The translations under genes were made by a program, and so were the position numbers. Shown here piece by piece: positions 24,801 through 35,400 of a stretch of 64,000 nt of DNA (within the stretch, counting starts at the first letter, position 1; every line of letters begins with the position of its first letter). The DNA comes from Raillietiella orientalis (taxonomy: Eukaryota), in contig JAYWIR010000017.1 of the NCBI GenBank assembly GCA_036172245.1, positions 3,658,001-3,722,000 on the forward strand, written 5' to 3'. Under the pieces are notes generated by a model. It saw only the letters and a list, made by a program, of their open reading frames with translations, did not search any database and was not told where the DNA came from.

Positions 24801-26901
24801 TCCTTTTGTACTTGAACTGGTCGGTGGTGTCCCTGGCGTCCCGCTCCTTCGAGACGGGGTCGAGGCTTCCGCTGGAGGCATCCCAATGATCTGCAATCCT
24901 CTGCCTCGAGGAGCTCGTCTCCGTGCCCTCGGCAACGAATGTGTCCGCGGGGACATCCTCGACCAGGCTGAGGATCTCCAGGTAGGTCGGCAGGGTGTCT
25001 TTCTCGGCGGTGATCGGGACCGGCGGCGAAGCGGTGGTCGTCTCCGCCTCCAAGACGGAGGTTCCGGGGCGTGGATCCAGGGGCAGGAGCGTTGGGATGT
25101 CATCGGAAGTGTTCTGCTCCCTCTGATCGGCTTCCGGAAAGTCTCCCTCCCTCCTGAGCGGCTCTGTGGGCGCGTCCTCGGCATCGGGGAAGGAGGAGGA
25201 GCGCGAGGGGAGGAGGAGCTGGCGTTCCGTGGATGCGGAAGCTGCCACTCCTTCTCCGTTCTCCTCGTCTCTCCCCTTTCTTTCCGAGGACGGGTCCCGG
25301 AAAACGGTGGCGGCGATGCTCTGAAAGGACGAGTCGTCGTCTGCCGAGGGGGAGGCGTCGATCGTCAGAGCTGGGATAGTGAGAGGAGAAGAATCTACTC
25401 CTCCCACTCCTTCCCATCGGGTATCCTGGACTCCACTGGCCGCAGCTGCAGTGGTAGATCCAGGGTCCGTTGCGGGAACGTTCGACAAAGTGGAATCCTG
25501 CAGCGGAGGAGTCCCCCGGAACTCGTCATCCTGCAGGCTGCAGAGCAGCCGACCCGCCTTCGCTCTGCTCTTCCTGGAAACAGTGGATCCTCGATTCGAG
25601 ACGAAGAACCCGACGGTGTGGTTCCCCCTTTTCCTGATCCTCTTGACCCTCTTAGTTAGGTTTCCCTGACCCACGCTCCCGCGCGTCCGTGGGATTGGCT
25701 TCTTGCACCGGTATACACCGTTTCTTGTCTTGAAGAGTTCCTCCGAGCGGTTGGCGGCCAACTGGTGCTCCCGTTCGCTTCTCCGCTGCTGATCCGGATG
25801 GCCCAGACCGAGGGTCGCCTTCCACTTCTTCCCTTCCCCGTCCTGAGTCCGCAGTTTCCTTACGATGGATTTGTAGGGAGGTTTCCCTATGAAACTATCG
25901 GCAGGACGTTCCTTTCGGATCTCGACGTAGGCGGGAACGCAGGACCCGATGCAGTTGCTGCCGTTCCCCTTGCGAGCGGGTCCAGCGCCTGGGGAGGCGT
26001 CTTCAGAGAAATCCTCTCCTGAAGGATCTTTCGCGGATACGGGACTGGGATCTGATGCGTTCTGCGAGGCAGAGGGCCTGAAGGGGCGCCGCCTCAAGGG
26101 AGTAGAGGGTACTGTTTGTGGACCACCTCCGGCGCTCGGTTTCCCGAACTTCCTCCTCTTCTTGATGTCTTTGGCGGATTCAAAGAGGATGCTATTGCTG
26201 GACGGGTCTCCATCGGAGTCACCAGGCTCGCCACTCCTTCCACCGGGAGAAGCAGGCAGGAGCTGTCGAGAAGGATCTTCAACTCTTGCATCGCCCCCAT
26301 CGCCCGTGCGCTCCGACCCGAAGGGCGCCTGGGACGCGTTCTGCCCCGTCGGCAGCCGCTCCTCCTCCTCCTCTGGTTTTGAGTCTGGGTGACCACGAGG
26401 AGTGGCGGGACTGGTGGGAGTCTCGCGGTCCTCTGAGGTAGAGAAGGACGATCCGCCCGAACGAGCAGCTTCCGGATGAGCATCCCCCTCGTTTGCGGCG
26501 GAAAGGAGGGAGGGAGGGTCGAACGCCGATCCGTCAGAACCAGGGGATAACCAGCGAGGGTTATCTTTCCGGATGGTGGAGGCAAAGATACGGTTCTGCG
26601 CCTGCGCCGCCTTCAGCAGCAGCGCCTCCTCTTTCCTCCTATCTTGGAGAACCCCTTTTGCACGCGATCCCTCCAGAACGTGGTTGCTGGGTCGGGGAGG
26701 CGGCGGCTTTGCTTCCGAAGCCTCCTTCTGCGTTCTATCCCTACTGGTCTCCTTCTCGGGGTCCCAGTAGCCGTTGTAGTAGCTCTCTATCTCCGAGAAG
26801 GTCTCAGCATCCTCTATACCGTAGGCCTGAAGCAGCGCTGAGTTGCCGTGGAACGTGGCTCTCGTCCTGGAGACGTGGGATAGCAGGAGGCAGTGGAGCA
26901 T
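21835..26901 (-). CDS. Large low-complexity S/P/E/R/G-rich protein of unknown function (1688 aa from ATG 26901), possibly secreted
   Basis: The frame is stop-free for 5.1 kb while the other frames are fragmented. A polypyrimidine/AG acceptor (CTTTCTTTTCAG) ends at 26906, directly before the first ATG. The N-terminus MLHCLLLSHVSRTRA is weakly hydrophobic. No domain recognised, and upstream or downstream exons are unresolved. Confidence 0.8.
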   Translation of the reverse strand: MLHCLLLSHVSRTRATFHGNSALLQAYGIEDAETFSEIESYYNGYWDPEKETSRDRTQKEASEAKPPPPRPSNHVLEGSRAKGVLQDRRKEEALLLKAAQAQNRIFASTIRKDNPRWLSPGSDGSAFDPPSLLSAANEGDAHPEAARSGGSSFSTSEDRETPTSPATPRGHPDSKPEEEEERLPTGQNASQAPFGSERTGDGGDARVEDPSRQLLPASPGGRSGEPGDSDGDPSSNSILFESAKDIKKRRKFGKPSAGGGPQTVPSTPLRRRPFRPSASQNASDPSPVSAKDPSGEDFSEDASPGAGPARKGNGSNCIGSCVPAYVEIRKERPADSFIGKPPYKSIVRKLRTQDGEGKKWKATLGLGHPDQQRRSEREHQLAANRSEELFKTRNGVYRCKKPIPRTRGSVGQGNLTKRVKRIRKRGNHTVGFFVSNRGSTVSRKSRAKAGRLLCSLQDDEFRGTPPLQDSTLSNVPATDPGSTTAAAASGVQDTRWEGVGGVDSSPLTIPALTIDASPSADDDSSFQSIAATVFRDPSSERKGRDEENGEGVAASASTERQLLLPSRSSSFPDAEDAPTEPLRREGDFPEADQREQNTSDDIPTLLPLDPRPGTSVLEAETTTASPPVPITAEKDTLPTYLEILSLVEDVPADTFVAEGTETSSSRQRIADHWDASSGSLDPVSKERDARDTTDQFKYKRRFLFRNFPKGNRESSSVEGQQNPVSEGDRATSLHFPPESPATESAAIHTEETEARLLQEAAGRLAELPLWEVASPPPPPLDRPIGLPKEARGREAGSSKSNCSSGSLSCRLNSLRKREQLSIIASRKEVANPAILSPSPPPADLQEGRGKPRFVAGRKQQHYQQHHRRPPEDPGLGPRDENHDDDALRGADANRHLPLRSEEHPEVSTAALPRFGINTQRSFSARSRSLLLSRLRNPNHGFSRGPVSDSLSAESHPKGGQFEIPSPGSDPGSKARRIWKEERKSSPATEEATINSSGRCFSPCGDVSASGPDCLEDPERSRESGVSTGSEDSSTGGPNASSRKTPQGEDGNAGTQESSHGSYFPGSHLGESLKEDGGEKEEKKDSYPRYPPAKYPFRSVLKRTRKPPQHLSQQQQRQEEGSEPPLPKSKAPSSKSPFPRFSVKEESPRQQGRDDGGLPQRRGHSLKSIHFFLPPANSSSRRRRPFPAAITDRGDSDNNETFSPTRAPDHSQDEREPVTKEEGSNRGRDPRLLPPPKGDSERGPEALDKKKNSSFLASKYAKNKFLSLHHFPLSSSIYALSRIPASEAAASASDGSAATTNNSLSGEGSSPPLSGEESTGAGLHEATGKTLGQDVPSGHYGDRSNEGKELRSPLPEDKPTLNPSGGEQAAESPVTPCDCTVLPGDDKSSSASSSNTSESARVPPHSEGRDGLETKEPERVTTFSGLDLSSRTEEEAALLQEKGPPRSVLPSPTVHRRVRPNLFLKATTGQPLPPSVDIGQPPPSPRIFQRQRTFPKIATDAGVSGSEIETQVEALSSSEGRFHSLESRDKSRNDSLFFNKPIRLSFDSTSRYSSREKEDSGSLYRKRQRLAYLFDKRRSFRPASPPPEESQKLQEGRNPGNSENADGDGSSPDRTEDQLPGEAGGEEPGERLGRGAFPPGARGGLAGERDEQERANSLPGRTRSDRRGSAEEEHLPTRDTVYRKYSRKS

Positions 26902-28685
26902 CAGCCTGAAAAGAAAGTCGGATGTAGCGTCTGCAGGGTAAAACTCGGTAGGCAACGCCCGGTCCACCGAACGCGGTCATTGCAATCGGTGCGTAGCGAT
27001 GGCTTGTGGGCGCAGCTCTTAGGTGTCTGTGAAGGAACGAACGCATTTTCTGAACTCCGAATGGCACGCAGAACATACGGATGTTCTCGAGAGATTCGCA
27101 GCGTCCGGGTTTAAAGACTCGCCAAGAGAGGGCGCGCTACACATCCGCGTTTGTCGACGAAGAGGAGCTTTCTTCCGGCTGTTGGAGGGCAAGCGGAACA
27201 GGCTCTACCGGGAGCGTCTTCCAGCTCTGGAGGAGTCGTTTCTCAAGGCTCGTGAACCCGCCTGGAGGTCACAAGGCGGAGAAGCTTCGTGGCTGCCACA
27301 CATCCTCCTCTAGAGAAGGGAACCTGCCAGTTCGTTGGAGCAGAGCTAGCGGAAGGGGGAGAAGGTCGTGACCTCTTTTCTCTCCTCTCTCTCGTTTGGA
27401 ACAGAGTAGCACTGTGGGTGAGATCGGTTGGAGGGACCTACGGCTACACCCTCTTGGACGCGTGCAGCCATCTTCTCACGCGAGCCGCCAAAAGAGAGGA
27501 GCTCAAGGACAGAGGCTGCCTCCACCTGCATTGGAACAAATCTCAACAGCATCAGGGGACCGAGACTTCCCAGTAGGGCGGCCGCTTCGAGTTCGCCTAT
27601 CAAGGGACAGAGTAGCGACGCAGAGGTCACCTCGGATCTCCCTATTCGAGGGCATTTCTGAGGAGACGAAGAATTCGTGGGGCTCCGTGGAGGTTCGGAT
27701 GGGCCCTGAAGCCGTGGCTGTGACAGAGAGATCGACTCGAGGAATTCATGGCGTGGTAGTTACCGTCCCTTTCCTTCGCTCCCTTCCCTCCTGGAAGCAT
27801 TTCGAAGCATCCGTACAAAGTGCAGACGTCCACGTGTGGAGAAGAGCAAGAGGTGTGTCCAGTCGGGTGATCCGCCGACCCTGACCCCAGCTGGTGCTCA
27901 AAGAAACACGTCCCCTTCTCCGGGAGCAACTCGAGCCTGCGTCTACCGGCTGGCTACCAGCGCCGCGCAGCGGACGTTGAGGCCTTCCTATCCAGGAGGA
28001 AAAGGGGTATGCTCCAGTCTTCCCCCTCCCCCTTTTCCTTCCGTGTGCATCCGTATCCTCTTCTCTCCCTTGACCTCAGAGTTGCATTGCCCACCTCTTG
28101 CTCTTCTCCAGGTGCTCAGCTTCCCACGACTTCATCTAGGAGATCATCTTCATCATCGTCTCTGACATATAGGAGTTTTCTTCCTCCTTTCTGCGGCCGT
28201 AGGGAGTAAAAGGAGGAGGAAGGGAATGCGGACGCCAGGCAACTCTCACTCCAACCGTCCACTCCTCCGATTGAATCCTCTACCAAAAGCATGGTGCTAA
28301 CTCGAATCATGACGAATCCCGCGAATCCTTTGCCTGTGAGTTCTCCCTCTTCTCCAGCAACAGGATCAAGCTGGAGGGTTCGTCCCCACTACGCTCAATG
28401 CTTCCTTTTCGTCTTCCTGCTGAGCTTCCTGGAGCTCGAAAACCCAAGGACTTGGCAATGGCTTCCTCCCTGATCCAGATGAGCATCCAGAATCGTGAGA
28501 AGAAGCAGAACATGGTCTCCTGATCACGCAGTCCGTTTCGTACATCTGTCTGTTCGCATCGTTTCGCACATTCTCAGTTCATTCAAGTGGATCATCATCA
28601 ACTCGTCAGATAGGTTTGAGTAAGATGCCTGACAATGGGTTTTGCCCCGCTTGGGAGAGGCTGCAAGGGTGACTAGTCAGATATC

Positions 28686-28731
28686 GCCTAAAGACCTGCT
28701 GCAGCCCCTCGGCTGCAGCGGGTCTTTAGGC
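28686..28731. repeat. Near-perfect 21-bp inverted repeat (hairpin)
   Basis: GCCTAAAGACCTGCTGCAGCC-cctc-GGCTGCAGCGGGTCTTTAGGC, with a single T:G pair. Confidence 0.95.
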
Positions 28732-29742
28732 TTCCTGAGCTGCTAACCAGTCAGAAAATGGCGTCAGGAAGTGTCTCGGTCACCCTGCCGACTACATGAC
28801 CCCGGTGAAAACCAACGATTCTGCAGTTGCTGCCTTCAGACTGCACACTGAAACAGCAACCTAAGAAGGTAGGAATGTGCATGTAATCCTGATTGATCCC
28901 TGGCCGACGGCGGAGCGGCAAAACGCTCCTTCCCTTCCAGAGACAATGGAAATCCTGTGTCGAGACCTACTGATAGTTCTTCCCGGAAACTGGCTTATCT
29001 GAATGACGACAAGGATGAAAGCTGAGAATGATGACCGAAAAAGTTTGGATGTTTCGGCTAAAGATCAGATCATCTCAACATATTCAAGATCTGCCTCCGT
29101 ACATGTGAGGATGCAGTCTCTTTCCAGCAAATGCATGCTGAAATGCGTGGAAGGATAGCCCGGGAAGCAGGAGAAGGCGACGAACAAGACGAGTTGAGAG
29201 GTATGAAGAAGAGTGGAGCCCACCCATCCGCGGCTCTGGGATGGTTGCGGAGCAGCTGCGGGCGGGTCGTCACACACGAGGTTGAAAGTCTTTTTCCTGC
29301 TCACGGAGCCGTTGGAGCGCACGCCAGCCCACGACGACGACTCTCCCCTCCAGGAACGACCGAGTGCCCGGCACCACGCGGGTGAGAGCTTCCCACGTGA
29401 ATCGGCTGAGGTTAAAAAAAAAGACCTCCATCAACCCATCCCCCTCCCCATCCCGCAATCCAAATCGAGGCAGTTCGCCTTCACCCTCCCTAGGGCGTAC
29501 GGGTAGCTGTTGGTATGAAGCCGCCCAGAGTTGGCATGCAGGAGCCCGGGATGAAGAGGAGAACGTTGGCGTTCTCCTGATGAGGGACGGACTTTCCCCG
29601 CGACTCTAAGCCGACGCTCGCTTCCGACGTGCGCGCACGCCTTCGCGGACCAGAGAGGCCTCTCGTTTGCTCTTGGGCACGCTGGCACGGTTGGCTGCAT
29701 GGAAAAAAGGAGGGATATTCTTCGACTTTCTGCTTTCGGCAA

Positions 29743-29762
29743 AGAGAGAGAGAGAGAGAGAG
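29743..29762. repeat. (AG)10 microsatellite
   Basis: Read directly from the sequence. Confidence 0.95.
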
Positions 29763-32338
29763 ATTCCAGATTTGTTGTTCAATGGGCGAACTGAGGGTTC
29801 CTACGGAGAAGCCATCCCACTCGCTGAGGATCCCCTTGCGACTAAAGCAATCCGATTTCCTGGCACGCCTTTCTTCTTCTCTCGCAGAGTTTTCGACAAC
29901 CCGAGGATTCGGGAAACATTCCGTAGCCGGAAAGGGTTCTCTTCAAAGCAGGTTCGGCTCGGCCGGAATCTCTTCAAGAGGCTGCTGCAGGTTCTCACTC
30001 CTTTGAACCTCTCCCTTCGTTCATCCCTCCCTCAGCACCATCCAAAAACGCATGGCCGTCTCTCATTGGCTTTCTGGCTTGCGGAAGCGATCCACACGTC
30101 CACACCAAAGAGGGATGGCGAGAACCGACTCGCGGCAGCTCTGCGTTCAGAGGGAAGGAGTTTTCCCGTGGGAGTAGGCGGCGCTCGTGAGCACAAGTCT
30201 ATGCTTGCCAATAGCGTGCCCCTCTCCCCCTCTCCCCCGAGACCGTCCTATCGTCCAATAGGCGACAACGAGAAAAAACGCTTGGCCCTTTTTCTCTCTT
30301 AATTCTGACTCCATTCGGATCACTTCACCTCTCGAGGAGAGCTGTAGACTCACGATCCGTTCTTGACAGACGCTTCCGCAGCAGCTGAACCAGCGAGCTT
30401 TTCCGAAGCCATTCGACAATGCTCCGGAGGTCACTTCGGTACTATCGACGTGGCTATGTGCATGCATTGATTCTCCCTCTACATGCCGAAGAAGAGGTTC
30501 AGCGTACTTGAAGGATGTGCTTCCCCTTCAGCTTCCCATGATCTCGAAAGAAGACGGCGTTTTTCTTTTCTTTTTCTTTCTTTTTTTTGCAATTCAGGAT
30601 TCAGAAGTCTTTTATTCATTCATTCTTTTTCGGAAGAAGAAGGTCTTTTCCTTTCTTTTGGATGTTTAATCTTGGGAAAATTTTAGATCCTGTGGATCGC
30701 TTGCTGAGCCTGCGAAGACCGAAAGTCACCACTCCGTCTCCTTGGATCTCAGTTTCTAGGGATCTTGGATTCATCGAGGAGAAGAGAAGGCGAGCTCCAG
30801 GATGAGCACAGCAGGTCGCTCTGGATATCCTGGCTGAGGTCCAGCTCATTCTCACTGGTGTTCTCCCGCGACTTCTGGATGCACTGATAACGCACGAGAG
30901 AGCAGCAGAGGTTTCGAAACGAAGGAAGCTACGAGGCTCTCTCTTGCTGACGGAGTCTCGATGAGAATATCAATCAAACTACGGGATCACTCGTGTCTCT
31001 CTTTCGAGAGGTAGTCCGGACAGAAATTTGGATTATTTATTGCCCGAAGACGTCATTTCAGGAGACACTCGTAAACCAGGAGTCGAGAGAGAAAGTTGGG
31101 ACTGATCTCGCGTGCTCCGCGCTGGAAGGGAAAGAAAGAAAAGGAAAAAATCTTTATGGTCCGATTTTTCTGTAGAAGACGAACAGTGCCACACCCAGAG
31201 CTCCTCCCGACTCGACCGGAGACTCTTCCTTCCTTCCTTTCTCTCCCTCATGTCTTTTCTCACAAGTTCCTTTTCCCGCTGTCTGCGCGCTTCCTTCTGC
31301 ATACTCTGCCCTTGATGCAGTACTCTGCTCCACTACCAGAGGGGAGTTTCTCTCTCATCCTGAGTCATGCGGGTTGCTGTTGGGGAGCGGTCGTGCGATC
31401 TCCTTAGAGCGAGCGAGGGTGGGTACGAGGAGGCTTATCCGAAGATGATTGACCTATGAGACGGCTCACTGAGTTTCCGGTTCCCTGCTTGCCGACGCTG
31501 CGCTGCTCGAAAGGATGCTCTCTGCAGAAGGCTTGCAGCTGGCGGGGATCGGGCTGCGCGGCAACCTTCCGCGAAGCTCGGGAAAAGTTGTCTCCAAACT
31601 CGTTCCGGCTCGGCCTTGAAGAGCTGTGACTACATGCCGAGACAGAAAGGAAGAGGTGGAGTAGGATGCTATTGTTGTTTCGAGAGACAAACTCCGGATA
31701 GTGTCGTCCAAGGATAACAACAAGAAACGCAAACTGCAAGAAAGAAGAAAAGGAGAGCAGCAGAAAGCTGGAGGCGGAGCAAACTCTGCCGAAGACCAAA
31801 CTCTTCCTTCGTCTCAGAGCAACTTTTCCATTTTTTTTTTTTTTTTTTTTTTGCGCGCGCACGCACGCTCGGACGATTGAAGCGCTTTGCCCTCTACGGT
31901 TCGTATGGGAAGTTTCTTCCTCCCCGAACACGCAGCCTTCCTTATCGCTCGGGGTGACCACTCGGAGGAGCTCTTGTCCCTGAGTTTGAGCAGTAGCGGT
32001 TCTCATTGTCAGGTTCGCAAGAGAAACGGTCGAATCTTGCGGACGATTTCCCATGCAAATTTCGCTACCCACCTCCCGGTTTGTTCCTCCTTTCTCGGAT
32101 TCGAACGCCGGAACAGAGTATTCTCACGTCCAGAATACCCGAGCATCCAAGAGCGCTTGGAACCAATATGTTGGCAAGTCTGCGAAGGCATCCATCATAG
32201 AATCTGCCAGTCCTCTAGAGTTTGACAACTCTCCTTGACGAATCTCGGCAGACGTCGTGATGCTCGAGCTGGATCCGATATGGTCAAGTGGATCTCTTCG
32301 TTTGCATGGAAGCAGCAGCCTCCAAGCAATGAGTCTAA

Positions 32339-32400
32339 GCTGTCAGACCGAGAAGGCAGCTGCAGAACAGCGTCTGTAGCTGCCTCCTCCGTCTGACAGC
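32339..32400. repeat. 28-bp inverted repeat (hairpin)
   Basis: GCTGTCAGACCGAGAAGGCAGCTGCAGA-acagcg-TCTGTAGCTGCCTCCTCCGTCTGACAGC, with 2 mismatches and 1 G:T pair. Confidence 0.95.
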
Positions 32401-35400
32401 CAAACTGGCATTCTCATTCTTTCAGCCAGTAAAGAAACTCAGTACTGAAACCAAACAACCATCGAACCGCTCAAGACAGACAGCGTATCAGTTTGTTGCT
32501 ACCCTGGAGAGGGAAAAGAATTGTGTCCTTCAAGGTCATCTGCATGAAGAGAAAACAAGCTGGAAATGGACAAGGTGCTGGAGGTGACTTGAGATAGCAA
32601 GAAACCTTCAGCAACGGTAGATCTTGGTTCCTTCCACCGCTTCCGGGCTCGATCAAAACCTAGATCGCTGAACGGATGCAGCAAAGTCAGCAGCAACCGA
32701 CACTAAGTAGGCAATTCTTAAATGCCACGCAGCGAAAATGGTACAAGGAACGAGCACAGGGGAAGAACGTACAGATGAAGACTCGAAATCCCTAGCTTCT
32801 TCCCGCTTCGAGATTCATCCCCCCTCCCTCTCTCCCTGATGGATCAGGACATTTCATTCCCAGATATTTCTTTGTTTTTCTGTTTTTCAGTATCCACAGA
32901 GGCCTCGGAGATCGAAAGGTCATGTTCTGGAATCATGGAAGAGGAAAGGGAATACTCGGTTGCCATTCTTCCAGGAGACCGAAGTGGTATTCTGTTCCTC
33001 TGGGTCGCTCTCGACCTCTAGATAGAGCTCTCCCGTGATCCCTGGAACTCGTCTTTAGAATGATCCGAACAAACTGAGGCACTCCTTGCGATCTTGGCTT
33101 TTTTCCTTGGTGGCTTCAGAGCCTCCCGGCTTCTTCTTGAGCTTCATCTCCTGATCTGTGCCCTTCACATGGTCCCCATGTCTCCTGACTCTGTACTTGA
33201 CATTCCGATTCATCGACCCACCCACCGCTGCCTTACATGAGTAAGGGCTAATTAGATGTGAAATCCTAGAAGGGGCGGCAAGCTGGGACACCAGCGTGCC
33301 TCTCACTCGAAGGATTTCGCCTTCCTGGCAACAGATGGGGGTCTCTTTCTCCCCTTTCTGAGTCTCGAACTTTTCGTTCCAGTCTAACCTGACGATCCCC
33401 TGCGAACGGCTGCCACAATCCTTCGGGAGACCGTAGCTTCCGTCCCCGAATTCCTGCTTTCTTCCTTCCGCTGCAGCTCGTTCTGGTTCCCTCGGGCAAC
33501 GGTGCTGAGAATTATGCCGATTCCAGCAACGGAACGCGCGATAGCATGAAATGTTTAGACGATGTTGCACAGTGGTTCTGACGCTCACGAGGGGGTGCTG
33601 TTGCACCGGCCACGGGGTGGCCCACAACTGAACCCTCTCGGGAAGGACTCTTAAGGACTGCGCGCGTTAGCAAGACGGCCCCAGCCGTTCAGCCTGGGGT
33701 CTTCTTAAGCCCTTCTGTTCCACTTGCACCCCTTTCGCTTGTCCTGAGAGAAGTGCTCTCTCCCCAGATCGCGCACGAGTTGTAGGATGGCATGACTGCC
33801 CACTTCTGTGCTCCAGAACTCCGAGGTGAGCCTCTCTCGACTGGAAAATTCGGAGGGAACGACGAATTCATCGAAAGTGGACAAGACCCGTCCTCATTTC
33901 CGGAAAGCTACGCCGCGAGGGAAAGTTGAGGGGAGGAGGGAGACCGCGTAGGCCGCCAGTGGGTGAGTGGGCAGGATGACTTCGAGCTACTCCCAACGAG
34001 GACCACGAATCTTTCCCTCGTGCTCCTGGTTCGCTCTGGGAACCGGATGCGATCGAGTTCGCTCGGACCGTAGTGCCCTGGCTCACGAGAGACGCGGCAG
34101 AGGCGTGTGATCCGCGCCGCCCTGTGTCATTCAAAAAAAAATTCCATTTGAGTCTCCCTTCCGCTTTTCCCTCCCTGGGATGAAAGGTCCCGCACTTCGC
34201 TTTCCGAACCTCTGCCGAAGGTCTTCAGCGCGGCTCAGGTAAAACGGAGTCGTGAAGAAGAAGAGTAGAGGTTCCGTCAGAACGTCCCATGAGGCTCCTC
34301 CCCTTTTCTTCGCAATTCGTCCACTTGGGCGGGGGCTCTCCGTCGCGAAGCCGCCATCACGCGCCCACACGGAGGCCAGAGAGGAGTGGACGAGGCGGCG
34401 TCGAGTGAAAGGCGAGAACGACTTTCGCTGCCGCGCAGGAGACACCGTTTCCGTAGTGTACCGAGCTAAGCACAGTGGCAGCGGTGCCATCTTCGGGACA
34501 GGGTCCTCCGATAGGAGGGGCGGAGAAGGGACGACACACTCGCCTTGCGCTTTTCCTTCCCTACGATCTCTATCGCTGCTGCTTTACAGCGGCACGTCGA
34601 CTGCTCCATAAAACTGACGCACCTCGCAATCCTGGAGCTGCTCCTCGAATTCTCGAATCCGACTGAGACTCCCCCCATGATAGCGGACGCCAAGTTTTGG
34701 TGAATATGCCTTGGGTCGTCGGGCTGCTTCGCGACAGAAGCGGCTCAGGGTCATCCGACCCTTCCGCTGCCCTCTTAATTGGCTGGGAGACAGAGGGGTC
34801 GGTCGAGCCCGGCTATCAGCTAGCGAAACCTGACTCCTCGTGTGCCACTCGTTGACGGTGGGAGGGAGGACACTTCGATTCTTCACATCCCTCGCACCTC
34901 AGAGTGGGCGGCAAAAAGGGGTCGTCCGGCAAGCGCGCTTGCCTCAGCTCGGTGTCCTACCAGTCTTTCGCTTCGTCCTTAAAGGGTTTCTGCAATCACC
35001 TGAGCTTAAAGGGTTCTTCTGGAAATGAGGATTCGGGAATGTTCCGATGTTCCTCCTCCTCATTCGATTGTTTGCAGATGCTTGCGCCTCGGGACCCGTC
35101 ATCCACCCTACAAGCTCCTCGAATTTCAGGAGTCGAAAACGCTCAAGGAGATGGAGGGAGGGGAGGAGGATAAAGGGCAGTGTTTTAGGAGAAAAACCAA
35201 GGACTAACGCTACTGCTGGATCATCTTCCGAAAAGATCCTCCGCCTGCCAAACGAGAACCCGGCTTTTCCAATTCAGGGAAGGGGTCGCTCCCAACGCTC
35301 CCTCTCGGATCTGGGACGGCTAGATCATCATCGGCCTGTCGTTTCCTCTAGCCTCCTTGACATCCACTGAATCGGAGATCGTTCCTTCTCGGGACTCGTC

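Noticed and set aside
21780..26909. Many plus-strand and alternate-frame ORFs of 100-333 aa overlapping the giant ORF
   Set aside because: These are shadow ORFs expected in GC-rich coding DNA, with no domains or splice logic.
28307..28513. MFCFFSRFWMLIWIR as a signal-peptide exon for the giant ORF
   Set aside because: No GT donor in the required phase 2 after the hydrophobic stretch.
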